Below are positions 27,414 through 36,791 of a stretch of 64,000 nt of DNA, piece by piece (position 1 is the stretch's first letter; each line of letters begins with the position of its first letter). The position numbers and the translations under genes are program-made. The notes below the pieces were generated by a model. The model was given only the letters and a program-made list of their open reading frames with translations, did no database searches and was not told the DNA's origin. The stretch comes from Promethearchaeota archaeon (GTDB lineage: Archaea; Asgardarchaeota; Thorarchaeia; Thorarchaeales; Thorarchaeaceae). Where the stretch lies: contig WJMJ01000018.1 of assembly GCA_014728035.1 (NCBI GenBank), forward strand, positions 32,001-96,000. The letters are read 5' to 3'.

Positions 27414-27764
27414 TTACCATTGCTCCGAAAAGAATACCATCCAAGCAACGATCGCTTCTAGATTGCTTGAAACTGATTCATCCAATCTGAATAGTGTAGA
27501 ACCACTTGATGTGGCAACATAATCAGACCCAAGACGAAATCTTGTGGATCCTGAAGAACTCATAATAGAAGAACTGTTATATCTGCCAATGGTGCTACCA
27601 GAAAAATTAGTTACATAACCGTCACGCACTCGTCCAATCGTACTTCCAGAACTACTCATAACTGAACCAGATGAAAACCGACCGATTGTGCTTCCTGAAG
27701 AGTTTGTGATATAGTCACCTCGAATATATCCGATAGTCGAACCACTGCTGTTCATAATTCTCAT
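27414..27764 (-). CDS. Small protein with six 16-aa 'SSGSTIG' beta-hairpin repeats
   Basis: Repeats IMNSSGSTIGYIRGDY / ITNSSGSTIGRFSSGS / VMSSSGSTIGRVRDGY and so on. Likely start is ATG 27764; the longer ORF-track call overlaps mutS. Confidence 0.7.
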   Translation of the reverse strand: MRIMNSSGSTIGYIRGDYITNSSGSTIGRFSSGSVMSSSGSTIGRVRDGYVTNFSGSTIGRYNSSSIMSSSGSTRFRLGSDYVATSSGSTLFRLDESVSSNLEAIVAWMVFFSEQW

Positions 27765-27896
27765 AATAATCCTGTTCTCTATGGTTTTAACCGATAAATG
27801 TCTAACTATACACAATTTGCACTTGGAAATGTATTTGTAGCAGTTAGCATGAAACCAAAACACTACAAGGATTTGATTTCGTAGTGGAGAGATACT

Positions 27897-30497
27897 GTGA
27901 AAAAGCACACTCCTATGCAACGCCAATATCTAGAACTAAAAAGGCAGTATAAGGATTGCATTCTTCTTTTCAGACTAGGTGATTTCTATGAGATGTTCAA
28001 CGAGGATGCGAAGAAAGCTAGTCAAACCCTTGATATAGTTCTGACAGCAAGAGGGGAAGGAGTAGATAAATGGCCTATGTGTGGTGTTCCATATCATTCG
28101 GTTGAGGGGTATATAGCGAAGTTACTAGAGGCTGGTTATACAGTAGCAATCGCTGAACAGGTAGAGGATGCCTCTGAAGCGAAAGGTCTCGTAAAGAGGG
28201 ACGTTGTCAGAGTTATCACTCCCGGAACAATCCTTGAAAGCTCTATGTTAGAGGACAGCTCGAATAACTATCTCGCTGCTGTAGTCGAGCATGATAACGA
28301 AATTGGCATTGCCGCAGTCGATGTATCCACTGGAGAATTCGTAACAACACAGTTCAAGGGAAATCTACTTGGTGATCGTACTCTTAATGAGCTCGGTAGA
28401 TTGGGACCAGCAGAGGTGCTTCTTCCTGAGTCTACAATGGGGTCTCAGAGTGTCATCAGAACTTTCGAACCTCTGGACGCAAAAATTACGTTTAGAAGCG
28501 ATTTAGATTTTTCAGCTAGACAAGCAGAAGATCGATTAAAAGAACAGTTCAAAGTGACAACTTTGGATGGATTTGGTTTAAGTGACAAAAGAGTTGCAAT
28601 CGGTGCTGCTGGAGCAGTACTCGCATATCTTCATGATGTCCATAAAGCTAATGCTGTTACATTATCTGGGATTCGGACATATTCAATTGACAAACACATG
28701 ATTGTAGACCGAACAACTCAACGAAACTTGGAACTGCTCAAGAATGCAAGAGATGGATCTAAGAGAGGAACCTTACTCAGTGTACTGGATAAATCAAATA
28801 CACCGATGGGTAGAAGGATGCTCAGAAAATGGATTCTACAACCACTAATGGACATCGAACAAATAGACCAAAGACTTGACGCTATTGATGAGTTTGCCAG
28901 AAGCGCAATTGAACGGCAAGAAACTTCGAAAAGTCTCTCTAATCTTGGAGACCTCGAACGGATAACCAGCAGGGTAGTATTTGGAACTGGCGGAGCAAGA
29001 GACCTAGTTGCTTTGAGAAATGCTTTGGTGAGAATCCCAAAAATAAAGAAACGATTACAATCTTGTGAAGCAAAATTGGTTTGTAAATTAAATTCAGAAA
29101 TCAATCCGTTGAAAGAACTAAAAAAGACACTTGATACTGCACTTGTAGATGACCCACCAGTTAGTGTAAGAGAAGGGGGTATGATCAAAGATGGTTATAG
29201 TGATGAATTAGACCAGCTGAAACGAGGAATCTCGGACGATAAGAAATGGATTGCTTCCTTACAAGTTAGAGAACGTAGAAGAACAGGAATAAAATCTCTT
29301 AAAGTAGGCTTCAACAAAGTATTTGGCTATTATATCGAGGTGACCAAGGCAAATACTGACAAAATTCCAGATGATTATGAAAGAAAACAGACATTGACCA
29401 ATTCAGAGCGATACATCATCCCTGAACTAAAAGAAAAAGAAGCTAGCGTTCTGGCAGGTGAGGAAAAAATCAACCAGCTGGAATATAAACTATTTGAGGA
29501 GCTTAGGGACTTTGTAAAGAAACATGTTAGTGACCTAAGAAAGAATGCTGATGCTATCGCTACTATCGATGTGATTACATCTCTAGCAGAAGTTGCTGTT
29601 CTCAGAAAATACACTCGACCAAAACTAACTTCAGGAAAAAAAATCAAAATTGTTGATGGAAGACACCCCTCCATGGAAATGATACTTGGTCCAAATGAAT
29701 TTGTGCCAAATAGTATGGAAATTGGAGATGGCGGAGCTACTCTACTCATTGTCACAGGTCCAAATATGGCAGGCAAATCGACTTATATGCGTCAAGGAGC
29801 CATTATTACGCTCTTAGCTCAGATGGGAAGTTTCGTCCCTGCTAAATCCGCCGAGATTGGACTTGTTGATCGTATCTTCACAAGAGTAGGTGCTTTCGAT
29901 GATTTAACTGCGAGACAAAGCACTTTCATGGTTGAGATGGTCGAGACTGCTAATATCCTAAATAACGCCACTGACAAGAGTCTGGTAATCCTTGATGAAA
30001 TAGGTAGAGGAACTTCAACATTTGATGGAATGGCACTAGCATGGGCAGTAGCTGAGCAGATAGTTCAAATAAAATGTCGTACCCTATTTGCTACACACTT
30101 TCATCAGCTAACAGACATGGCATCTTCATATCATGGAGTTAAGAACGTTCATACCTTGGCTAGAGAAACTGGGGAGTCTATAGTATTTCTTCATAAGGTT
30201 GTTGAAGGAGGTACAGATAGAAGCTATGGTGTTCATGTTGCATCTTTAGCTGGAGTCCCACTTTCAGTAGTAAGACGAGCTCAACAATTACTAGTCAAGC
30301 TCGAAAAAGACAGCACAGTTGAATTGGGAGAGGGAATGCAAGATGCAGAAGAAGCCATTCAAACGAGTCTAGAAGCTTTAACAGTGGATGACCCTATTGT
30401 AGAACGTATCAAGCATATAGACCTCGATCGTATCACCCCAATCGATGCTTTGTTAAAACTGAAAGAGATGCAAGAAGAAGCGAAGGGACGAGGTTAG
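27897..30497 (+). CDS. mutS: DNA mismatch repair protein MutS (MutS1)
   Basis: TPM..QY..LK, GDFYE.F (mismatch-binding F-x-E), TGPNMAGKSTYMRQ, STFMVEM, DEIGRGTST and SYG..VA.LAG.P motifs. Confidence 0.97.
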   Translation: MKKHTPMQRQYLELKRQYKDCILLFRLGDFYEMFNEDAKKASQTLDIVLTARGEGVDKWPMCGVPYHSVEGYIAKLLEAGYTVAIAEQVEDASEAKGLVKRDVVRVITPGTILESSMLEDSSNNYLAAVVEHDNEIGIAAVDVSTGEFVTTQFKGNLLGDRTLNELGRLGPAEVLLPESTMGSQSVIRTFEPLDAKITFRSDLDFSARQAEDRLKEQFKVTTLDGFGLSDKRVAIGAAGAVLAYLHDVHKANAVTLSGIRTYSIDKHMIVDRTTQRNLELLKNARDGSKRGTLLSVLDKSNTPMGRRMLRKWILQPLMDIEQIDQRLDAIDEFARSAIERQETSKSLSNLGDLERITSRVVFGTGGARDLVALRNALVRIPKIKKRLQSCEAKLVCKLNSEINPLKELKKTLDTALVDDPPVSVREGGMIKDGYSDELDQLKRGISDDKKWIASLQVRERRRTGIKSLKVGFNKVFGYYIEVTKANTDKIPDDYERKQTLTNSERYIIPELKEKEASVLAGEEKINQLEYKLFEELRDFVKKHVSDLRKNADAIATIDVITSLAEVAVLRKYTRPKLTSGKKIKIVDGRHPSMEMILGPNEFVPNSMEIGDGGATLLIVTGPNMAGKSTYMRQGAIITLLAQMGSFVPAKSAEIGLVDRIFTRVGAFDDLTARQSTFMVEMVETANILNNATDKSLVILDEIGRGTSTFDGMALAWAVAEQIVQIKCRTLFATHFHQLTDMASSYHGVKNVHTLARETGESIVFLHKVVEGGTDRSYGVHVASLAGVPLSVVRRAQQLLVKLEKDSTVELGEGMQDAEEAIQTSLEALTVDDPIVERIKHIDLDRITPIDALLKLKEMQEEAKGRG

Positions 30498-30529
30498 AGA
30501 TATATACATTCCAGGAGTATTCTCCAGAA

Positions 30530-31321
30530 ATGATGATTCCGGAGGAAGAGAAGGAAAAGAGACTCAAAACCTATTCAGCTATATGTTGCATAGAGTTCAT
30601 TGTAATCTTACTAGTGGGATTTCTCATAGATTTTGATAATGACCTGCAATTCTATATATTCATGGCGATGATAGTAGGATTTTCTGTATTATGTATTAAC
30701 CATGGCTATAATTCTCTGATAAAACCTGAAATCGATTTAGATAAACTCAAGACAGCAGAGCCTTATCTACAGGGTGAAACTATCTGGTCTAACGAAGTGA
30801 TTCAAGCTCCTCTCAGTGATGATGCTGAATATTTGCTGAAATTATCAAAAGATGGAAACAAATATGGGATTCTAAAACGAGGGGATAGCATAGAAGTAAT
30901 TGACGAGATTCCACCAAGTACCATAGAGCTGTTTTCGAATCCGCGAAATCTAGATGCATTTCTCTATTACAAAATCGAAGAACATACAAGATTGCGGTCA
31001 CTTATCAAGTCATCAATAATCATTGGAGTAGTGTGGTTTGTTGTTGGTTACTGGGTATTATCCCCTCTATTTCAGATTCTCCCGCTCTCCTTCTTTAATT
31101 GGTTTGGAATATTGGAATCCATTACCATTTTTGGTACTTTATTTCTAGTAGTAAGTCTAAGATGGATACATCATTTGAAAACAATTGATACTGACATGTA
31201 TCTTCAGTATACAGAATTTGTTGAGGTATTGGAGATTCTAAGAGATAATGCTCCTACATCATATAAAAGAAGAGAATACCAAGAAAAATTAGACAGAATC
31301 AGAGAACAGGGCTATATCTAG
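30530..31321 (+). CDS. Hypothetical membrane protein (2+2 TM)
   Basis: Two pairs of hydrophobic helices separated by a soluble loop. Confidence 0.6.
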   Translation: MMIPEEEKEKRLKTYSAICCIEFIVILLVGFLIDFDNDLQFYIFMAMIVGFSVLCINHGYNSLIKPEIDLDKLKTAEPYLQGETIWSNEVIQAPLSDDAEYLLKLSKDGNKYGILKRGDSIEVIDEIPPSTIELFSNPRNLDAFLYYKIEEHTRLRSLIKSSIIIGVVWFVVGYWVLSPLFQILPLSFFNWFGILESITIFGTLFLVVSLRWIHHLKTIDTDMYLQYTEFVEVLEILRDNAPTSYKRREYQEKLDRIREQGYI

Positions 31322-31486
31322 TTTTGTGAATTCTATCAAGATAAGAAATCAAATCAATAGCATCTCAGAAACTTAGTTGAAGTATAACCGATACAATTAG
31401 AAAGCAATATCTAAATTATAATTTAGAAAGAAGCAAGCATCAAAAGATTTGATTATTTCTTCAGAACTGAATTTGTGGTGAAATAA

Positions 31487-31789
31487 TTGGGAATTAAAAG
31501 ACATCTGAAAAAGATGAATGACCTACGTGAAAAACAGAAAGAATGCTTGGAGAAGCAAGAGAAAAGGTTCAAGAACTTGTTTGACGATTTATTCATGACC
31601 GATAACTACATTGCACTTGAGATCATGCAAGAACATCTGTACTTACATCCATTTAAAGAAAAAGCACTCGAGGAACTTCGTGTATTAGTGCGAGGTTACG
31701 GAAAAAACTATCATGTCATTCCAATTGTCAGTGAAGGAAAACTGTACGTGACTTTTGCTCGACCTCCATATCCCCCTCCAGAAAGATAA
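31487..31789 (+). CDS. Hypothetical protein
   Basis: 100-aa ORF with GTGGTGA RBS-like motif upstream; no recognised domain. Confidence 0.5.
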   Translation: MGIKRHLKKMNDLREKQKECLEKQEKRFKNLFDDLFMTDNYIALEIMQEHLYLHPFKEKALEELRVLVRGYGKNYHVIPIVSEGKLYVTFARPPYPPPER

Positions 31790-31940
31790 GGGATATTTCA
31801 GTAGAGAAAAGCTCCACTGGATATTAGTTATTGTAATCCTTTCATCCTTGACAAATAACCCATCGTAGGTGTAATAATGTCACTTCCCTAACTTGTGAAT
31901 GTTGGCTATTCATGCATTACTGCTAAATCAGATTGGTAGA

Positions 31941-31954
31941 GTGAAGCTTAAATA
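31941..31954 (+). promoter_or_regulatory. Putative BRE+TATA for the rpe-tkt-tal operon
   Basis: GTGAAG-C-TTAAATA about 90 nt upstream of the rpe ATG. Confidence 0.35.
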
Positions 31955-32044
31955 TCGCGAAAGTAGTCCCGAGCTTGAAAGACAGAACGGTTTCAAATGA
32001 AATACCTGACTTTCTCCCAACTGAAATTCCGAGTAGGACTTCCC

Positions 32045-32707
32045 ATGAAGCAAATAATCGCTCCTTCAATTTTATCAGCAGATTTTACAAATTTAGAACG
32101 TGATATTAAAGCCGCAGAGAGAGGTGGTGCTGATTATTTCCATATTGATGTAATGGATGGCCACTTTGTTCCAAATATATCCTACGGCTCCATCATGGTG
32201 AGAACCATGAAAAAAATAACAAATATCCCTCTCGATGTTCACCTGATGATTGAAGACCCTGACAAGTATATTCCGGAGTTTATAGACGCTGGAGCTGACT
32301 TGGTAATCCCACATGTTGAGGCACCATATGACATCTATCGGTCTGTACAGTTGATCAATAATTTAGGGGCACAAGCTGGAGTTGCACTAAACCCCGGTAC
32401 ACCTCTTTGTTGCATTGAACCATTGATTGAACAGATTGAAGCTGTATTGATAATGAGTGTTTGTCCAGGTTTCGGAGGGCAATCATTTCAGCCAGAAAGT
32501 CTGAAGAAGGTCAGACAGCTCAGAGAGATGCTTGATGATCTCAAACCAAGTGTTCATGTTGCTATTGATGGTGGAATCGGACGAAATAATATCCAAGAAG
32601 TACAAAGAGCGGGAGCTAACTTCTTTGTGATGGGTTCTGCGGTATTTCGTCAAGACGATATTGAGAAGACAGTAAAAGAACTGAAGGGAGTAGTCGAGAG
32701 TAGATGA
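32045..32707 (+). CDS. rpe: Ribulose-phosphate 3-epimerase
   Basis: IAPSILSADF, HIDVMDGHFVPN, DVHLMI, MSV.PGFGGQ.F and IDGG motifs; ATG 32045. Confidence 0.96.
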   Translation: MKQIIAPSILSADFTNLERDIKAAERGGADYFHIDVMDGHFVPNISYGSIMVRTMKKITNIPLDVHLMIEDPDKYIPEFIDAGADLVIPHVEAPYDIYRSVQLINNLGAQAGVALNPGTPLCCIEPLIEQIEAVLIMSVCPGFGGQSFQPESLKKVRQLREMLDDLKPSVHVAIDGGIGRNNIQEVQRAGANFFVMGSAVFRQDDIEKTVKELKGVVESR

Positions 32708-33546
32708 ACATAGATGAGCTGAGAAGACAATCCATTCAAAATCGAATAGATATCATTGAGATGATAGCTGAGGCTGGCTCAGGCCATCCAGGAGGGTCCC
32801 TTTCCTGCATCGATATTCTAACAGTTCTGTACTTTGAAAAAATGAATATCGATCCATCAAATCCTGAATGGGAAGATCGTGACCGATTTGTTCTCTCTAA
32901 AGGACACGCGGCTCCAGCCCTATATGCCTGTCTAGCTGAGAGGGGGTATTTTTCCAAACGTACATTGTTGACTCTTAGAAAACTCAAATCAATTCTTCAG
33001 GGACATCCCGACTGTGTTCGAACTCCTGGGGTTGATACTTCTTCAGGCTCTCTAGGACAGGGATTATCAATAGCAAACGGGATGGCACTTGCTGCTAAAA
33101 TTGATGAGAAAGACTATTTTGTCTATACTGTCTTAGGTGATGGAGAAATTCAAGAGGGGCAAATATGGGAGGCTGCTATGACTGCATCACATCACGCTCT
33201 TGGAAATCTCATTGCTTTTGTTGACTGGAATGGATTACAGATTGATGGTCGATGTGATGACTTGAAATGTATCTGTCCAATAGAAGACAAATTTCTAGCT
33301 TTTGGTTGGTATGTGATATCAATTGACGGACATGATTTCGAGCAAATTGCAGTGGCTATTGATGAAGCACAGGGTATCGAAGACAGACCTACAATGATCG
33401 TCGCAAAGACAATCAAAGGGAAAGATGTGAGCTTCATGGAAGATAACATTGGTTTTCATGGAAAAGCTCCAAATGATGAAGAGACTGAACAAGCACTGCA
33501 AGAACTCAAATTATTGCTTGAGCAAAATGGAGGGTCTGTTGAATGA
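32704..33546 (+). CDS. Transketolase, N-terminal (ThDP-binding) subunit
   Basis: SGHPGGSLS, RDRFVLSKGH, LQGHP, GSLGQG and GDGE..EG..WEA motifs; 4-nt overlap with rpe. Confidence 0.95.
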   Translation: MNIDELRRQSIQNRIDIIEMIAEAGSGHPGGSLSCIDILTVLYFEKMNIDPSNPEWEDRDRFVLSKGHAAPALYACLAERGYFSKRTLLTLRKLKSILQGHPDCVRTPGVDTSSGSLGQGLSIANGMALAAKIDEKDYFVYTVLGDGEIQEGQIWEAAMTASHHALGNLIAFVDWNGLQIDGRCDDLKCICPIEDKFLAFGWYVISIDGHDFEQIAVAIDEAQGIEDRPTMIVAKTIKGKDVSFMEDNIGFHGKAPNDEETEQALQELKLLLEQNGGSVE

Positions 33547-34505
33547 AAAAGGGAACCCTTTACGAAACACGAGGAGCATACGGTGAAACTTTAGTCGAAC
33601 TTGGAAACGAAATGGGAAAGAAAATTATTGTGCTTGATGCGGACCTATCAGGATCAACAAGAACAAGCAAATTCGCAGAGAAATTTCCGGATCAATTCTT
33701 CAATATGGGGATAGCAGAGCAGGACATGATGGGAACAGCTGCAGGATTAGCACTATCAGGTAAGACTGTCTTCACTAGTACTTTTGCAATCTTTGCAGCT
33801 GGACGACCGTACGAACAGATAAGAAATTCAATTGCATATTCAAAACTTGATGTAAAGATAGTAGCATCACATGGAGGAATTTCAGTTGGGCCTGATGGCT
33901 CATCTCATCAAGCAATCGAAGATATTTCCTTAATGCGAGCAATACCAAACATGCGGGTAGTAGTTCCTTGTGATGCACGTGAAACAGTTGGAGCAATTAA
34001 AACAGCAGCCCGGACTCCAGGACCATTTTATATCAGAGTGATGAGACCGAAGACGAAGGTTATCTGTGATGAGGATTATAGATTCAGTCTCGGAAAAGCT
34101 CATACTATGAGAGCTGGATCAGATATAACCATGGTTGCATGTGGTCTAATGGTAGAGATGGCTCTGGATGCAGCAGATTTTCTAAGCAAAGAAGGAATAG
34201 AATGCGAAGTGATTAATTCTTCAACCATAAAACCTCTTGACGAGGATACAATCACTCGTAGCACTCTCAATACTGGTGCTTGTATAACTCTGGAGGAAAA
34301 CACAATTATTGGTGGTCTGGGTTCTGCTGTAGCAGAGCTCCTTGGAGAAAGAAATCCGGTACCTATGCATAGAATTGGTATTCAAGATAAATTCGGTCAA
34401 TCCGGAACACCTAAGGAGCTTATGGATACATATGGATTGAACCGTGCTCATATAGTGTATGCAGTACGAGAAACCCTCGCAAGAAAAGTCGAAAACGGGA
34501 GATAA
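33543..34505 (+). CDS. Transketolase, C-terminal subunit
   Basis: DADL..ST, GIAEQ, G.DG.SHQ..ED, IKPLD and GGLGSAVAE motifs; ATGA overlap. Confidence 0.95.
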   Translation: MKKGTLYETRGAYGETLVELGNEMGKKIIVLDADLSGSTRTSKFAEKFPDQFFNMGIAEQDMMGTAAGLALSGKTVFTSTFAIFAAGRPYEQIRNSIAYSKLDVKIVASHGGISVGPDGSSHQAIEDISLMRAIPNMRVVVPCDARETVGAIKTAARTPGPFYIRVMRPKTKVICDEDYRFSLGKAHTMRAGSDITMVACGLMVEMALDAADFLSKEGIECEVINSSTIKPLDEDTITRSTLNTGACITLEENTIIGGLGSAVAELLGERNPVPMHRIGIQDKFGQSGTPKELMDTYGLNRAHIVYAVRETLARKVENGR

Positions 34506-34512
34506 CAGAAAA

Positions 34513-35160
34513 ATGAAATTCTTTATAGATACAGCAAATGTTGACGCAATCAGGAAGGCTCATGCAAGAGGAATGGTTGACGGAGTAACAACCAATCCCT
34601 CACTTGTAGCCAAAGAAGGAAAGGACTTCAGAAAAATCGTCGATGAGATTGCATCTTTTGTCAAAGGTCCAATTAGTCTTGAAGTTGTTAGTGAAGATGC
34701 TGATGGCATGTTCAAAGAGGCCCAAGAACTCAACGGATGGATTGACAATGCTGCAATAAAAATACCCATGACCTGGGAAGGTCTCAAAGCAACACGAATG
34801 TGTGCAGAAGCAGATATTGATACAAATGTGACTTTAGTCTTCAGTGCAAATCAAGCTCTGCTTGCTGCAAAAGCAGGAGCCACTTTCGTATCACCATTCA
34901 TTGGTAGATTGGATGATATAGGCCACACTGGAATGGATCTAATTGCAGAAACCGTCCAAATCTTCACAAATTATGCAATGGAAACCGAGATAATAGTAGC
35001 AAGTATTAGACATCCAATCCATGTCAAAGAAGCAGCCATGCTTGGGGCTGATATTGCCACAATCCCACCATCGGTTCTTGAAAAGATGGTGACACATCCA
35101 CTCACTGATGTAGGAATTGAAAGATTTCTAGCAGATTGGGAGAAAGTAAAAAGTAAATAA
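34513..35160 (+). CDS. tal: Transaldolase (short TalC/FSA family)
   Basis: [47 protein letters not shown] and HPLTD.G...FL.DW motifs. Context favours transaldolase over FSA. Confidence 0.92.
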   Translation: MKFFIDTANVDAIRKAHARGMVDGVTTNPSLVAKEGKDFRKIVDEIASFVKGPISLEVVSEDADGMFKEAQELNGWIDNAAIKIPMTWEGLKATRMCAEADIDTNVTLVFSANQALLAAKAGATFVSPFIGRLDDIGHTGMDLIAETVQIFTNYAMETEIIVASIRHPIHVKEAAMLGADIATIPPSVLEKMVTHPLTDVGIERFLADWEKVKSK

Positions 35161-35228
35161 ACTGCCAAACTGAAATGGGAAGACAGATATGGTGCTTAGA
35201 CCATGTCTTTCCTATCAGGGTGCAGATT

Positions 35229-36782
35229 ATGGAGATAGAGGCAGACCTCGTTGTTTTCAATGGCAATATAATTACTATGGATCCAGAGCTTCCAAATGCT
35301 TCCTGTTTTGCAACAAAAAGTTGGAAATTTTTCGCAGTTGGAGAGGAAGAACACATCCAAGACCTGATTATGACTGCAAAAAGAGTAATTGATCTTGGAG
35401 GAAAGACTGTCTTACCTGGATTCATCGATGCTCACACTCACATTACATCTGCTGGAATACGTGAAGATCATATCCATTTACACGCAATGAAATCCATTGA
35501 TGAAATCAAAAAGACGATTAGCGAAGCCCTTCACAAATACAAGAAAGAGTCGTGGATTTTAGGCCATGGCTGGGACGAAAGCAAGTGGCCAGAGAAACGA
35601 TATATTACTATGACGGATTTAGACGAGGTTAGCACTGAACACGCAATTTTACTTGATCGAATCGATGGACATCTAACATCGGTTAACTCGATGGCATTTA
35701 AGAAGTTGAAACTTGATGAAAAACATGAGGGAATTATTAGAGACAAGAAGGGGAATCCAACAGGTATTCTAAAGGATATTGAAGGCCTCCATAATGAAAT
35801 TTCCATCTCTGAAGAAGAAATACAAAAAGGAATTCTTTCAGCAGGTAGAATTGCAACACGCCATGGAATTACCACAGTTGTAGATAATGCTGTATCGGGA
35901 ATGCTAAGACATTTACGAACAGCAGAATTTGAAAATGACTTGCACGCAAGATTTGTTGTGAATCCACCAGACAAAATGATGACCCCAATGATAAAATTAG
36001 GAATCACCTCATGTTGGGGTAGCCCAATGTTGAAGATTGGAGGGGTGAAAATCTTTGTTGACGGTTCTATTGGAGCAAGAACAGCATATGTATCAGAACC
36101 TTATAACGACGATCCTGAAAATCGAGGGATATTAGTTTATGATAAGAAGAAACTGAAACGTATTGTTAGAAACGCCATCTCCAACGACATTCAAACAGTG
36201 ATTCACGCAATTGGTGATGAAGCAATAGAGATGGTCATAACAGTCTTTGAAGAAATAAAGGACAAGGAAGCAATCCGTCGCCAAAGACACAGGATAGAAC
36301 ACGCAGAGATGATATCAGAATACCAGATCAGACGTGCGGTAAGCCAAGGTCTCATCTTATCAATGCAACCAAATTTTGTAGGAGAATGGCAACAAAAAGA
36401 TGGCATGTACGTTGATAGATTAGGGGAAGAACGAACAAGAGGTATGAATATGTTCAGAGTAGCTCTTGACAATGGTGCAAGGGTCTGTTTTGGTTCTGAT
36501 GGAATGCCATATGGCCCATTGTATGGTATTTGGTCTGCTGTTACACATCACAACGATAGAGTAAGATTAGAATTAGAAGAAGCGATTCGTTGTTACACAA
36601 TGGAAGGAGCATATTCTGTTTTCATGGAACACACTATTGGTAGCATAAAAGTTGGTAAACGTGCAGATTTTGTTGTTCTTTCAGATAATATAGCAAAAAT
36701 TCCAAAAGAGCAAATAAAGGATATCACTATAGAATCAACATTTGTTGGGGGAATAGAAGAATTTTCTGCTCATCGTCAGTGA
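35229..36782 (+). CDS. Amidohydrolase (YtcJ-like, Amidohydro_3)
   Basis: DLGGKTVLPGFIDAHTH, K.F.DGS.G.RTA, HAIGD, HRIEHA, GSD and GSI..GK.ADFV.L motifs. Confidence 0.9.
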   Translation: MEIEADLVVFNGNIITMDPELPNASCFATKSWKFFAVGEEEHIQDLIMTAKRVIDLGGKTVLPGFIDAHTHITSAGIREDHIHLHAMKSIDEIKKTISEALHKYKKESWILGHGWDESKWPEKRYITMTDLDEVSTEHAILLDRIDGHLTSVNSMAFKKLKLDEKHEGIIRDKKGNPTGILKDIEGLHNEISISEEEIQKGILSAGRIATRHGITTVVDNAVSGMLRHLRTAEFENDLHARFVVNPPDKMMTPMIKLGITSCWGSPMLKIGGVKIFVDGSIGARTAYVSEPYNDDPENRGILVYDKKKLKRIVRNAISNDIQTVIHAIGDEAIEMVITVFEEIKDKEAIRRQRHRIEHAEMISEYQIRRAVSQGLILSMQPNFVGEWQQKDGMYVDRLGEERTRGMNMFRVALDNGARVCFGSDGMPYGPLYGIWSAVTHHNDRVRLELEEAIRCYTMEGAYSVFMEHTIGSIKVGKRADFVVLSDNIAKIPKEQIKDITIESTFVGGIEEFSAHRQ

Positions 36783-36791
36783 GGAGATTCG

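Noticed and set aside
27414-27764. CRISPR array or DNA tandem repeat
   Set aside because: The 48-nt periodicity is degenerate at DNA level and conserved at amino-acid level; there is no repeat-spacer structure and no cas gene.
31790-32044. Possible ncRNA or riboswitch upstream of rpe
   Set aside because: Only weak, imperfect inverted repeats; no recognisable RNA family by eye. An Infernal/Rfam scan would be needed.
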